DNA of 34,020 bases from a virus (Duplodnaviria; Caudoviricetes): the IMG/VR virus record IMGVR_UViG_3300030372_003397, positions 1-34,020 of that record; one strand, 5' to 3'. Below the pieces are notes generated by a model. It did not search any database. It was not told where the DNA came from and worked only from the letters and a program-made list of their open reading frames with translations. Shown piece by piece: positions 9,278 through 19,217 of this stretch (position 1 is the first letter of the stretch; each line of letters opens with the position of its first letter). The position numbers and the translations under genes were made by a program.

Positions 9278-9475
9278 TTACTTACCTTTATTTTCAACTG
9301 GCTTTTTAGCTTTAGTGTCTTTTAGTCCCCACTCTTTAGCTTGCATATCAGATACTTCTTGTCCTGCACGGCCAAGTAATTTACCTTTTCGCCAACCTTT
9401 AGGTATGTCGCCATTTGACTCGGCTACTTTGCCTTCATCATCTACCCAAACATCTTTTTTTAATGTAAATGCCAT
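9278..9475 (-). CDS. Small protein following capsid (start revised to ATG 9475)
   Basis: AGGAAAGGA RBS before MAFTLKKD...; ends KKPVENK as many post-capsid small proteins do. Confidence 0.7.
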   Translation of the reverse strand: MAFTLKKDVWVDDEGKVAESNGDIPKGWRKGKLLGRAGQEVSDMQAKEWGLKDTKAKKPVENKGK

Positions 9476-9491
9476 TTTATCCTTTCCTAAT

Positions 9492-9533
9492 GGTGCCTCG
9501 CCTGAATTAGTTGCCCAGTCCAAGCGAGTTACC
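9492..9533 (-). promoter_or_regulatory. RNA stem-loop downstream of capsid gene
   Basis: CUCGCUUGGA/UUCAGGCGAG stem with G-U pairs on the mRNA strand, capped by a GCAA tetraloop; no U-tract. Confidence 0.6.
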
Positions 9534-9549
9534 ATAATCTAAGTTTATC

Positions 9550-10797
9550 TTAGATATTTGTTATTGAACAGAAAGCAGTTGGTCTGTAGATAGGTAGTCC
9601 TAATCTAACAGAAGCTTTCATTACAACAATATCTTTTACAAAGTTTGCGTCATGGCTATCAGACATTGAAACTTCCATACCTTGTCTTGCGACAATATGA
9701 ATAGCTTGTCCTCCACCAAATACACCTACTAATGCAGTTCCTGCGGATAGTTCAGTAGTAGGAATTACTGGCAAGCCCCAAAGGGTTGCTGCAACTCCGC
9801 CACCAAAGTTTCCTGCACCAACAAATAATGGATTTAAAGCTCCACTTGTTGTTACTGCATTGACTTCAGTTACTATTTGATACCAGTCGCTAGGGTGCAA
9901 TAAAATTGCGTCAGGTTGCATGAATGCATCTTTCTGAATTTCAGTGATTGCTTCAAATACCTGGCCAATTCTTTTTAGGTTTCCTGAAAAAGAGGAATAG
10001 TTAAATGTATTTATTCCAGTTTTATTCAAGATACCTGTTAAGTTTGCTCCTGAACCTGATCCACCAATGATTTGGTCGCTAATGTTAGCTTGTACCATAA
10101 ATCTTAGTCTTGAATCAATATATCCTTGGGCAGCTGCCATATCAGCTAAAAGTTCCTCTGTCATTGGTATGAAAGAACCTAATTTTCTAATATTTTCAGT
10201 TCTTTCAGTAAATGCTAAAGTATCTTCTTGATATGTTCCTGCTTCAGCAATTGCTCCACCAGCATTAGTAAAAGTTGTTTCCTCGAGATACTTATATTGA
10301 TATTGGTCAGTTGTGATTGTATCAATTAAGTTAGGGATCGCAAAAGGATCATCTTGTGCGCTCTCTTGAATTCGAGGAGCTCTTACTACTGGAGGTGGCA
10401 TTGTTGATTCAGTTGTATCAGCTTTTGTACCCCAGTTATATGAGAGTTCAGATGTAATGTTCTTTTGTCCGTTATCAGCAAATGCCTTATAAGCGTCTGA
10501 ATCTAAAAACTGACCTCCAAGAGTTTTAGGTGCTTCTTGTTGCTTTTCAAAATGTATTGCTTTTGGCTCTACTGTTTTTCCTGCTTCAATTGCGTCTTCA
10601 ATCTCTTTCTTTTCAGCATTTATTTTTTCAGCTTCTTTTATGGATTGTACTAATTCAGACATTTTTTCATTACGCTTTGCCCACTCTTCTTTTTTCTCAG
10701 AGTCAAAATCTACTGTATCGACTTCTTTGAATTCGTTCATAGTGGACTCCCTAAGTGCATTGAGTTCTTTTTTCATTGCATTAAGTTTTTCACTCAT
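9550..10797 (-). CDS. Major capsid protein, HK97 fold with N-terminal coiled-coil delta domain
   Basis: 415 aa; TEELLAD, II.GSG..NLTGIL, LHPSDW, LWGLPVI, RPTAF motifs. Confidence 0.95.
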   Translation of the reverse strand: MSEKLNAMKKELNALRESTMNEFKEVDTVDFDSEKKEEWAKRNEKMSELVQSIKEAEKINAEKKEIEDAIEAGKTVEPKAIHFEKQQEAPKTLGGQFLDSDAYKAFADNGQKNITSELSYNWGTKADTTESTMPPPVVRAPRIQESAQDDPFAIPNLIDTITTDQYQYKYLEETTFTNAGGAIAEAGTYQEDTLAFTERTENIRKLGSFIPMTEELLADMAAAQGYIDSRLRFMVQANISDQIIGGSGSGANLTGILNKTGINTFNYSSFSGNLKRIGQVFEAITEIQKDAFMQPDAILLHPSDWYQIVTEVNAVTTSGALNPLFVGAGNFGGGVAATLWGLPVIPTTELSAGTALVGVFGGGQAIHIVARQGMEVSMSDSHDANFVKDIVVMKASVRLGLPIYRPTAFCSITNI

Positions 10798-10805
10798 AAT
10801 TTCTC

Positions 10806-11807
10806 CTATAATGTCTCGTCTAATGTTTCCATTAGTACTTTTTCTGTTTCCAGTAACAATGTCGTACTATCAATTTCGTCTATTTCAGGTCCTGCAACTG
10901 TTAATAAGGTATCTATATCTGCATATACTCCTTGTATTTCATCTTGTAGTTCCGTTAATGCCTCAACTGATTGTTTTGACAATGTCTTTTCTTTTTTAAC
11001 TCGCAAGGCAGTAAGCTCCTTAGCTCGTTTTACCAAAGCAACTAAAGTGATTAGCACCTTATTTACTTCTTCTTGAAAAGTCAGACCTTTTTGTTGTGAT
11101 CCGCTTTCCAAACTTGTATTGCTAGCAGATACTAAGGTCAATTCGCCCTCATCTGCGTCTTCATGTTCTCTTTCGGTTGCTGCAGTATAATCGTCCATAT
11201 TATTACAAGGCATATAAACTGTTACTCCGTCTTGTTCGTGTTCGTGATAACCATTACAACCTAACTCAATTGCTCTAGCCTCGGCCTCCTCAATTGTTGT
11301 ATAAAGGTCATCTCCTAATAGTTCCTTATTTTCATTTTTAACTGCTAATGTACGAGTGTTTTGATTAGCACCAACTAATACTGGACTAACCTCCCAAACT
11401 CTGACATCTTTAAGAAATCTTACTTCTTGTTCCTCATTGTCTTTCTTAAACATACCATTTTCAGACTCTTTAATTTCAAAACCAAAAGACCATTGTTGTA
11501 AATCTCCCATAGCTTTAACTGTGTTATAAGCGTCTCTGCCTCTTTCAGTGTCCATTATAAATTGGCCTTTAAAAACTGCTTTATCATCATCTTGTTCTAT
11601 TTCGCCACGCCCAATTACATCTTTCCAGTCATGAGCCCATACCATTGCAACTCCTTTATCGCCAAAGCCACTTTTAATGGATCCCGGAAGTACTACATCA
11701 TTATCGCTATCAATTTCATTAAATTTAGAAAAAACTGCTTCAACTTTACCCTCTACTTCATTAGTAGTTTTCAATTGTGCCGTTTTAAATTTTAAATCTT
11801 TTTTCAT
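10806..11807 (-). CDS. HK97-family prohead protease with C-terminal extension
   Basis: DSDNDVV.PG, WAHDW..VIG, WSFGF, EVSPVLVGAN motifs. Confidence 0.92.
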   Translation of the reverse strand: MKKDLKFKTAQLKTTNEVEGKVEAVFSKFNEIDSDNDVVLPGSIKSGFGDKGVAMVWAHDWKDVIGRGEIEQDDDKAVFKGQFIMDTERGRDAYNTVKAMGDLQQWSFGFEIKESENGMFKKDNEEQEVRFLKDVRVWEVSPVLVGANQNTRTLAVKNENKELLGDDLYTTIEEAEARAIELGCNGYHEHEQDGVTVYMPCNNMDDYTAATEREHEDADEGELTLVSASNTSLESGSQQKGLTFQEEVNKVLITLVALVKRAKELTALRVKKEKTLSKQSVEALTELQDEIQGVYADIDTLLTVAGPEIDEIDSTTLLLETEKVLMETLDETL

Positions 11808-13150
11808 ATTTTCTCCTCATGAAAAACTAAAGTACACCTACAATTACATACTAGTCCTGCAGGTGCTCCTCCGCTACTATCTCCCGGCCTTTTCATAGCA
11901 TAGCCTTGGACATTGAATACATCGTCCTGAGGTATTCTAACATTATCCATAAACAAATGCGCATCTCTAACTAATCCGTCCCTACGAGTTATCCACTCTT
12001 TACCAAGTATTAAATTAGTTGCTTTAGCAGATTGTTCCATACCCCAATTAGATAAGGCAGTTCCTTCTGTTCTTGCTATATTCATAGCCCTACCTAAGTT
12101 CTTTTTACCTAATACCTCACTTATTCCTTTCGTAACATATCTTTCAAAATCTCTACCTGTTAAGCCTAATTTTATTGCTTCATCATAACTTTTTCTTAAT
12201 GCCCTATTTACATTTGTTTTCATAGTTTTACTCATTTCTGGCAATAAAGTATCTAACCTATCCTTAACAAACGCATTTGCACTTCTGTTATATACTGTTG
12301 TATCAATTGGTAAAGGTACTCCTCTTTTTCTTAAAGGATAAAAGCCCTCTTGAATCACTTCATTTCTTGGCTTACGCCTCCTTGCTCTCATTAATTGTTC
12401 CTGCTCACTTGGACTAAATACTGTATTATCAACTGTTACTTTTAACTCTTTAGGCATTAATAATTCTATTTCAAAGTATGCAAAGTCAATTATTTGGCTT
12501 ATATATAAATCTATTAATTTATCGCTCCACTCTTTAGTTGTATTTCTATCGATATATGAATTAACAATACTTATAACACCACTTGTATTAGTTCCTTGTT
12601 CAGCAAATATTTTAGTTATACCTTTTACCTGTTTAGATAGTAATTGATAATATTCTTGACCTAATGTAAAGTCCCAATTTTCAAGTAACATATCATAACT
12701 AGTCCAAATCTTTTCCTTAACTTCAAAACTTTCAAACCTTGTAGTTCTTTTATCTATTTCTATTTGCCTTAAATGATTACGCCTATCAATTAACTCTAAA
12801 GCAGTATTTACTTTTTCATCTCTAGCATTCATAGCATTAACTAATTTACTACTCCACCTTTTACCTGCTTCGCCACCCCATAATGCCCAAGCTATTCGGC
12901 CATTACTTGGATATCCGTCCTCACCCGGACTCCAACCTTGACCTGTCTTATCGCTTTCGTGTCTTGGAAAATATTTAGCTATATGTCTTACTTTTTGAGG
13001 TCCAGCTTTTGAATTATTAAGTATATATCTAGCTGAATTCCTACCTACTGAAGTTCCACCTCTGTTATATTCGCTTACCCAATCTAGTCCTCTTCGTGCT
13101 TCCTCTTTAGCACCTTGAGGAATAGTAAAGTCTAAGTCATCATAAGCCAT
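11804..13150 (-). CDS. Head morphogenesis protein (SPP1 gp7/Mu gpF-like) with extra N-terminal domain
   Basis: IARTE, KEW....D..VRDAH, CNCRC C-terminal signature. Confidence 0.88.
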   Translation of the reverse strand: MAYDDLDFTIPQGAKEEARRGLDWVSEYNRGGTSVGRNSARYILNNSKAGPQKVRHIAKYFPRHESDKTGQGWSPGEDGYPSNGRIAWALWGGEAGKRWSSKLVNAMNARDEKVNTALELIDRRNHLRQIEIDKRTTRFESFEVKEKIWTSYDMLLENWDFTLGQEYYQLLSKQVKGITKIFAEQGTNTSGVISIVNSYIDRNTTKEWSDKLIDLYISQIIDFAYFEIELLMPKELKVTVDNTVFSPSEQEQLMRARRRKPRNEVIQEGFYPLRKRGVPLPIDTTVYNRSANAFVKDRLDTLLPEMSKTMKTNVNRALRKSYDEAIKLGLTGRDFERYVTKGISEVLGKKNLGRAMNIARTEGTALSNWGMEQSAKATNLILGKEWITRRDGLVRDAHLFMDNVRIPQDDVFNVQGYAMKRPGDSSGGAPAGLVCNCRCTLVFHEEKI

Positions 13151-14645
13151 AACGACTAATTTGGTTTAATCTATCTTTTGCTAACTCTTTAGTAGGATAA
13201 CAACCTAAATTTTTGCCTGTTTCGTTATCATAAACACAAAATTGGTTTTCTACTTTTTCAATTGTATGAATTGAACTGTTACTTGTATCTAAACTTTCAT
13301 CGTCGTCTTCTGTAATTGGTTGCGGATCACTTTGTGCTTGAGGTAGTTCAGGATTAGCAGGTGGCTCTAATTTGCCATGTATTATATTTACGTTCATAGG
13401 TATTAAATAAACTTCTTGGTCCGGAGTTGTTGGTAGTCCTACACTTTGTCTTGCTTCAGCAATAGTGATCCAACCGCCTTGAACTCCTACATCTAATCTT
13501 TGATACATATCATTAACATCAGCTTGTAATGCCCTTACTTCGCTAAAATCATATTCGGCACTTGTTGTACTATCTACTTCATATTCCTTAATTAATATTT
13601 GTTGTGTTAGTTCCTCTCCTACCATACGCCATAAAGGTATAAGTTTATTTTCAGTAAAAAACTCTCTTAGTTCTTTTGCATTACTATAAGTAGCATTTCT
13701 TAAACCTGCACCTAATCCGGCCAATATAGCAGGAACACCTAACACTGCTGATATTCTTTCTTCAGGTAATTGCCTTAATAATCCTAAATCTAAATCCTTT
13801 GGACTAAATGATAATTTTTCTACGTTCATTGCACCACTCATAACTAATGGCTTACCTCTATTTTTACCACCTACTTTTTGTTGGTATTTTTTAGCAATTT
13901 GTTCAGCTTCCTCTGCACTTGGTCCGTATTCATCTTTTGGTGTAATCATTACACTTGGAACACCCATATTAGCTAATAATGCAGTTGCCATTTGGCCAGC
14001 ACTTTCATCGCCATAAACTTCTCTTAATACTGTTTTTAATGGACTAAATCCTACTTTGTGGTCATTGGGATCCAAACCTAATCTTAAATGGACTAAATCT
14101 TGTTTTTGTATAATAACTTTTCCACTATCCATTTCGTAAATATAGTGAGTAATTAATTCTTCTTCATTACCTTTTGGTGTTACTTGTTCAGGCATTAAAG
14201 GATATAGTGCAACTAATTCGCCACTTTCATTTCTTTGCTTTAATAAATAAGCGTCGCCACAAACGTGCATAGCATTGATAATGTATTGTTGCACTACATC
14301 TCCCGACATATACATATTTGGTCTTCTCATTAATAAACTAAATGGATGATTAGGAATATCTTGTGTATTACCCTCAATATCTTTTGTAACTATTTTTAAT
14401 GTTGCTTCTGAAAAACTTATTCCTAATACTTGTAAACAAGCAACTGCTATTGAATTACTTTGACCATTTCCTAATCCGTCTAAATCAAATTCGCCTGCTG
14501 CAGTATTCCAACCTTGAATAAATGTATTGTTATTACCATATGTGCTATCACTAGCAAAAAAATTACCAGTATAATATTTGCGATCCCTATTATTACTAAA
14601 CCTAACTTGGTTTATTATATCTCTAAAACTTCGTCTTTCTGCCAT
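13140..14645 (-). CDS. Portal protein, HK97 family
   Basis: L..RPN.YM, GDAY, LYPL.P..V, GFSPL, GVP..L.G, T.AEAR...GLP motifs. Confidence 0.94.
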   Translation of the reverse strand: MAERRSFRDIINQVRFSNNRDRKYYTGNFFASDSTYGNNNTFIQGWNTAAGEFDLDGLGNGQSNSIAVACLQVLGISFSEATLKIVTKDIEGNTQDIPNHPFSLLMRRPNMYMSGDVVQQYIINAMHVCGDAYLLKQRNESGELVALYPLMPEQVTPKGNEEELITHYIYEMDSGKVIIQKQDLVHLRLGLDPNDHKVGFSPLKTVLREVYGDESAGQMATALLANMGVPSVMITPKDEYGPSAEEAEQIAKKYQQKVGGKNRGKPLVMSGAMNVEKLSFSPKDLDLGLLRQLPEERISAVLGVPAILAGLGAGLRNATYSNAKELREFFTENKLIPLWRMVGEELTQQILIKEYEVDSTTSAEYDFSEVRALQADVNDMYQRLDVGVQGGWITIAEARQSVGLPTTPDQEVYLIPMNVNIIHGKLEPPANPELPQAQSDPQPITEDDDESLDTSNSSIHTIEKVENQFCVYDNETGKNLGCYPTKELAKDRLNQISRYGL

Positions 14646-14655
14646 AATCTCCTTA

Positions 14656-14717
14656 GTGCAATACGAGGCTAAGCGAGTTGTCCCAACTTACTAAAGGAGT
14701 AGTACCCCATATTGCAC
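14656..14717 (-). promoter_or_regulatory. Structured RNA element between terL and portal
   Basis: 14-bp stem GUGCAAUAUGGGGU/GCCUCGUAUUGCAC (3 G-U pairs on mRNA strand) with inner AGUUG/CAACU hairpin; abuts portal RBS. Confidence 0.62.
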
Positions 14718-14722
14718 AAATC

Positions 14723-15970
14723 TTAGTAAGCGACATATCTCTTTTTCCTTATCGTTTCCGCTACTGCATACGCCAAAGCATCTACTTGGTCGTCATGTTC
14801 GCCTAAAGGAAACTGCAGTAACTCCCTTTCCAATTCAGAGTACCAACTAGCACTCCTATTAAAATAGACACTTCCTCCCTCCATCTTAGCACCTAAAGGC
14901 AATGCTCTGCTAACTTTGTCTTTATCAGCTCTTAATTCTTTTACTGGTATTCCTTGCCGTCTTGCCATTTGAATAATTGATAATTGAAAGCCTGCTTTTT
15001 CAATTCCTACAAATACTGGTTTATATTTATTAATAACTGTTCCTATTAATGGAATAATATCAGGTGCCTCTACTCTTGCTCTAGTAACATCTAAAACAAA
15101 TAGTTCATTATTTTTACTTTCGCCAACTGTAACTATTGCAGTATAATCAGCAGTTTCTTTTGTACTTGTTGCTAAATCTACGCAAGTATATATTGTAAGT
15201 TCTTTTTCTTTTACTTCTTGTGATCCAAATTTATAATAAGTATTTAGTTCCTCATTACCTCTAAAGTTATATTCAACTTTATCTTGTATTGTATAATACC
15301 TTAACCAATCAGGTTTAATTAATCCTCCTCCTGCTTCAACAAATTGGGCTTCATATTCTTGACTAAATAAAAAACTTCCTATTTCATTTTTTGCACTTTT
15401 TAATTCATCTTTAGGTATATAAGGATTTGTATTTGTATGAAATTGCCAACTTTTCCACTCTTCGTTATCTTGAGCTCTTTCAAATAGCCTACTAAACCAA
15501 TTAAAGCCACTAGGTGTGCTAATAAATAAAGCGTGTCCTTGTTTATCTGTTAAGGTTGGCCTTACTATTTCAGCCCAAGTTTCCTCTTTTATATATGCGC
15601 ACTCATCTAATACAACAAAGTCAAGTCCTGCACCTCTTAACCTTTGTGGGTTATCTGCTGACTTTATTTGTAATTGGCCACCACCAGGAAAATTAATTAA
15701 CTTTTGTGCCTCTTGTAATTCAGCACTTTCAATATCATATATCATTTGCCTTATATCTCGCCAACCCTCCATTGCCATAGGATAAGTAGGTGCGATCCAC
15801 CAAACACGGCCACCTTCAAGTGCATATTTAATAGCCATAGCAATACCTAATCTTGTTTTGCCCCAACGCCTACCTGCTACAACTATTTTAAATCTTGTAT
15901 CGTCTTCAGCTATTTGCCTTTGTAATTCGTGTAAGTCAGGTAGTTCAATTTCTATTTCTGGTCTGGCCAT
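14723..15970 (-). CDS. terL: Terminase large subunit
   Basis: Walker A GRRWGKT, Walker B VVLDE, ISTP, nuclease HDDQVDAL. Confidence 0.96.
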   Translation of the reverse strand: MARPEIEIELPDLHELQRQIAEDDTRFKIVVAGRRWGKTRLGIAMAIKYALEGGRVWWIAPTYPMAMEGWRDIRQMIYDIESAELQEAQKLINFPGGGQLQIKSADNPQRLRGAGLDFVVLDECAYIKEETWAEIVRPTLTDKQGHALFISTPSGFNWFSRLFERAQDNEEWKSWQFHTNTNPYIPKDELKSAKNEIGSFLFSQEYEAQFVEAGGGLIKPDWLRYYTIQDKVEYNFRGNEELNTYYKFGSQEVKEKELTIYTCVDLATSTKETADYTAIVTVGESKNNELFVLDVTRARVEAPDIIPLIGTVINKYKPVFVGIEKAGFQLSIIQMARRQGIPVKELRADKDKVSRALPLGAKMEGGSVYFNRSASWYSELERELLQFPLGEHDDQVDALAYAVAETIRKKRYVAY

Positions 15971-16362
15971 TGTAATTTAACTTTTAGAGGTTCATCATTA
16001 TCATTGCCAACTTTTACAATTTGCTTTGTTCCAAATTCATCAGGAAAGCGTCTTTCTAAAAACCACATATCTATTTGATGTTTGCCCTCTTGAGCTCCTT
16101 TATCTAATCTTGCTAATCGCCTACTTACTGCTTCTGAATTAGCTTTTCTTACAGTTAATGCTAGTTCCTTTAATAAGTTTTCATATGGAGTATTTAATCT
16201 TTTATTTTCCTCAATAAGTTCATTACCTTGTTTACGCCATTTACGGAAAGTTTCCTCACTTATTCCTAAATTTTCTGATACAAGTTTATAAGTTAAACCT
16301 AATATAACTAATCCTCTAACTTCAGAAATTATATCAGGAGTTAGTTTAGTTGGTCTTGCCAT
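15952..16362 (-). CDS. terS: Terminase small subunit
   Basis: RPTKLTP, HTH GISEETF.KW, WFLERRFPDEFG; directly upstream of terL. Confidence 0.82.
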   Translation of the reverse strand: MARPTKLTPDIISEVRGLVILGLTYKLVSENLGISEETFRKWRKQGNELIEENKRLNTPYENLLKELALTVRKANSEAVSRRLARLDKGAQEGKHQIDMWFLERRFPDEFGTKQIVKVGNDNDEPLKVKLQWPDQK

Positions 16363-16497
16363 AAATACCCTTTCTGCCCCAATTAACCATATTTACTTAT
16401 ACATTACCATATATTGGTAAAAAAACACCTCGCAGATGAAGTTCTAACGGTAGTAAAAATGTTTCGGCCATAGTTGTTAAGGACTAAAAGCTTATGT

Positions 16498-16983
16498 TTA
16501 TTGGTTATCTGCTTTATGCCAAGTTTCAATAAATGCTTGGATCACTTCATCTAACTTATCTAATTCAAAACAAATAAGCCCATTTGTTGTTCCGTCAGGC
16601 ATAGCAATATATATAAATGGCCTACTATCGCCTATTCTTGTATTGTGATCCGATTGTTCTTTAGCTTTTAGATACTTATTCCATAAAGGTTGTACTTGTT
16701 TACCTGCTTTAACTTCAGCTCTTATTTCACCTCGCCAATTTTCTTCATGACCCATTTGGCTTCTAAATTTAGTATCAGGAATACCTAACTTTTTTCGTGC
16801 TATATTTTGCTTTCTTCTGCCTTTATTTTTATTATTAAGCCCCATTTTTTGTTTAGGTGTCCAATTATCTTTATTTTTAACATTTTTTTGTCCCATACCT
16901 TGCAAGCCTCTTTCAGCGTGCTTACGAGTTTTAAACTCTGAATAAGTTTCATCATCTTTCCAATCAGTTATATCATTAGGCAT
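16498..16983 (-). CDS. Hypothetical protein, possible PD-(D/E)XK nuclease/resolvase
   Basis: N..KG, AEVKAGKQ and a P-hydrophobic strand reminiscent of Holliday junction resolvases; weak. Confidence 0.4.
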   Translation of the reverse strand: MPNDITDWKDDETYSEFKTRKHAERGLQGMGQKNVKNKDNWTPKQKMGLNNKNKGRRKQNIARKKLGIPDTKFRSQMGHEENWRGEIRAEVKAGKQVQPLWNKYLKAKEQSDHNTRIGDSRPFIYIAMPDGTTNGLICFELDKLDEVIQAFIETWHKADNQ

Positions 16984-16985
16984 AA

Positions 16986-17294
16986 TTACTGCGGATCACA
17001 ATAAGGACAATTAGAATATGGATTACCATAAATTATTTTTGAACAACACTCACTTACGTGCATATCATCAACTTCTAAAATCTCTTTTTTCATTTCTAAC
17101 GCTTCGACCTTTTGGTCAATTAATTCATCAATAATTAAATCAACTTCTTCTGACTTAATCATTATTGGTGTTTGTGCTAAGTTATGCCAAATATAAATAC
17201 TTACTTGGCCTAAATGTTCGGCTTTACCTATTGCTACTTCATTTCCGAAAATGTCTGTTATAATTTTCGGCTCTAAATTCTCTTGCCCACTCAT
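16986..17294 (-). CDS. Hypothetical protein with C-terminal Cys cluster (start uncertain)
   Basis: SECC...CPYC; upstream part of the ORF-track call overlaps the previous gene. Confidence 0.55.
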   Translation of the reverse strand: MSGQENLEPKIITDIFGNEVAIGKAEHLGQVSIYIWHNLAQTPIMIKSEEVDLIIDELIDQKVEALEMKKEILEVDDMHVSECCSKIIYGNPYSNCPYCDPQ

Positions 17295-17493
17295 AGTAAT
17301 ATGATACATGCTTTCTGCGACTAATACACTCTGAGTCCATACATTGCATAGTTTCAATTGGAAAGCCCCATTTTCTAAACTCATAAACTACTCTACGGAT
17401 ATTTGGATTAATATAAGAACAAATATCATTACCAACTCTTAATTCGTCTAATAAATTAACTTTCCCCTGCTTTGTTGTAATACTTTCAGCCAT
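17239..17493 (-). CDS. Winged-HTH-like protein, paralog of 17486..17872
   Basis: R.V.EFRK.GFPIET..C....C motif. Confidence 0.55.
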   Translation of the reverse strand: MAESITTKQGKVNLLDELRVGNDICSYINPNIRRVVYEFRKWGFPIETMQCMDSECISRRKHVSYYYEWAREFRAENYNRHFRK

Positions 17494-17872
17494 TTTTTAA
17501 CCTTATATCTAATCCTTTTTCAGCAAACATTTTATTTATATCGCTTATTTTTTCTTTTCGGTCTTGCTTATTATATTCCTGAACTATTTCTTTAGGACTT
17601 TCCTCTAATTCTTTTTCTAAAGGTTTAATAACAATATCGTTTGGAATATTATCTTCTTTTAAATAAATTGCAGACCAAACATATTTATATTGTTGGGACT
17701 TATGAAAACAATTTTCTAAATCACATTTATGAGTTTCAATATCCCAATTATCATTTCTTAAAGTCCAAATATGATGACCAAATCTTGGTATATGGTGCTT
17801 AAGAAAAGTAGTAGTACAAACACCATTAGGATTATTTTTAAGTAAAGCTCTAACTTCCTCTAATTGTGTCAT
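17486..17872 (-). CDS. Winged-HTH-like protein
   Basis: PRFG..IWTLR...WDIET..C....C motif. Confidence 0.58.
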   Translation of the reverse strand: MTQLEEVRALLKNNPNGVCTTTFLKHHIPRFGHHIWTLRNDNWDIETHKCDLENCFHKSQQYKYVWSAIYLKEDNIPNDIVIKPLEKELEESPKEIVQEYNKQDRKEKISDINKMFAEKGLDIRLKNG

Positions 17873-18972
17873 ACTTTAGCCTTTCTATTTTCCTCAGTTA
17901 ACCAATTCTTAAACTTTTTAGTCATTCTTGTACTACCATTTGCACAAGTCCTATTGCCTTTAGCATTTTTAAACATTGGATCACTTTCACTTATACCTGC
18001 TTTAGCTAAGCACTCTTGCGTATGAAAGAAGTTACCTAACCAATGAACATCATTTTCCTGATAAGATTTCAGGAGTAATATTTGTTGCTTATGACTTATG
18101 AATTGACCAACTAACATTAACATTTGGCTTGTAAAGTATTCGCTATGATTATTAGAGCAACCTCTACCTTGGTGCGATAACTCGTGCAATAAAGTCATAT
18201 CGTCTCCCCATTTTTTTAGGACTATCTCATTAGTCCATTTTTTATAATGAGAAGTTCCGTTATAGGAGTTTGGAATTGTAATAGTAATTTTATTATCAAA
18301 GTAAGCCTTATAAAAATAACTACTAAATATTTTTTCCTTAACTCTTTGAATTACTAAAGCCTCAATCTCTTTAGTAGTTTTATAGTCCATATTTTTAACT
18401 GTATAATGTCTAGTTCTTAAATTATGGACTGCTCTATCCCAATAATTTACATTTTGCATTTCAATTACTTTCAAATCAATATATGCCTCTGCTCTCAAAT
18501 AAGGTACATTTTCTTTATCAACATAACTACGACCATTACTTACAAAGTAACTCATATCAATTTCTAATTTGTGATCCGGATATTCTTTTGCAAGTCTTTC
18601 GGCTTGCTCCCAAATCCAACCTAAATAGTCAGTGTCATCATTTTTACCTAAAGGTGCATAATTTATTTCATTATGATTAAAATAAACTGCATTACCTCTA
18701 CGACTATAATGGCCAAAGTACTTTATAACATAATTAGCATTAGCTCCGTCTATCTCTCTTTCCTCATTATGAAATTCAGGAACTTCAAATTTATCCTTTT
18801 TAGGATTATATGCTTTTTCAATTACGCCTTGTGATCCAACACTAAAAACTAATTGCTGATTTTCGACCATATCTATTTTTCTAGCATTAAGTTTTTTAAC
18901 ATTAGGAAAAATATTATGAGTTCTAGGAACTTGCCTTTCGGCTTTATAAACTTTATGTTGTTGATTACGCAT
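17869..18972 (-). CDS. HEXXH zinc metallopeptidase-like protein (Rv0185/TIGR04338-like ends)
   Basis: N-terminal QHKVYKAE and C-terminal LLHELSH...HSEYF. Confidence 0.68.
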   Translation of the reverse strand: MRNQQHKVYKAERQVPRTHNIFPNVKKLNARKIDMVENQQLVFSVGSQGVIEKAYNPKKDKFEVPEFHNEEREIDGANANYVIKYFGHYSRRGNAVYFNHNEINYAPLGKNDDTDYLGWIWEQAERLAKEYPDHKLEIDMSYFVSNGRSYVDKENVPYLRAEAYIDLKVIEMQNVNYWDRAVHNLRTRHYTVKNMDYKTTKEIEALVIQRVKEKIFSSYFYKAYFDNKITITIPNSYNGTSHYKKWTNEIVLKKWGDDMTLLHELSHQGRGCSNNHSEYFTSQMLMLVGQFISHKQQILLLKSYQENDVHWLGNFFHTQECLAKAGISESDPMFKNAKGNRTCANGSTRMTKKFKNWLTEENRKAKV

Positions 18973-18974
18973 AT

Positions 18975-19217
18975 TTAATTTACCAATTCAAAATATTCAT
19001 TTAGTGTCATACCACTTAAATGATTACAACAAGGTGTTCTTTTTTCAATTGCACTTTTATTATCAAATTTAACCAATCTTACAGTTATATTATTTCTTTT
19101 AGTGCAATTATCTTTGTGAGTAAATCCTCCAAAGCCTGCCTCATTTTGAACTTGAATACTTGTAGGTATTCCTTGGACTTTATTTAGGTCTTTCCTAAAT
19201 ACTACTTTTGTTTCCAT
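18975..19217 (-). CDS. Hypothetical protein
   Basis: 80 aa, GAGGAG RBS, follows promoter cassette. Confidence 0.7.
   Translation of the reverse strand: METKVVFRKDLNKVQGIPTSIQVQNEAGFGGFTHKDNCTKRNNITVRLVKFDNKSAIEKRTPCCNHLSGMTLNEYFELVN

Noticed and set aside
16363-16497. cos/pac site or tRNA upstream of terS
   Set aside because: Position is plausible for a packaging site but no diagnostic sequence or cloverleaf could be identified
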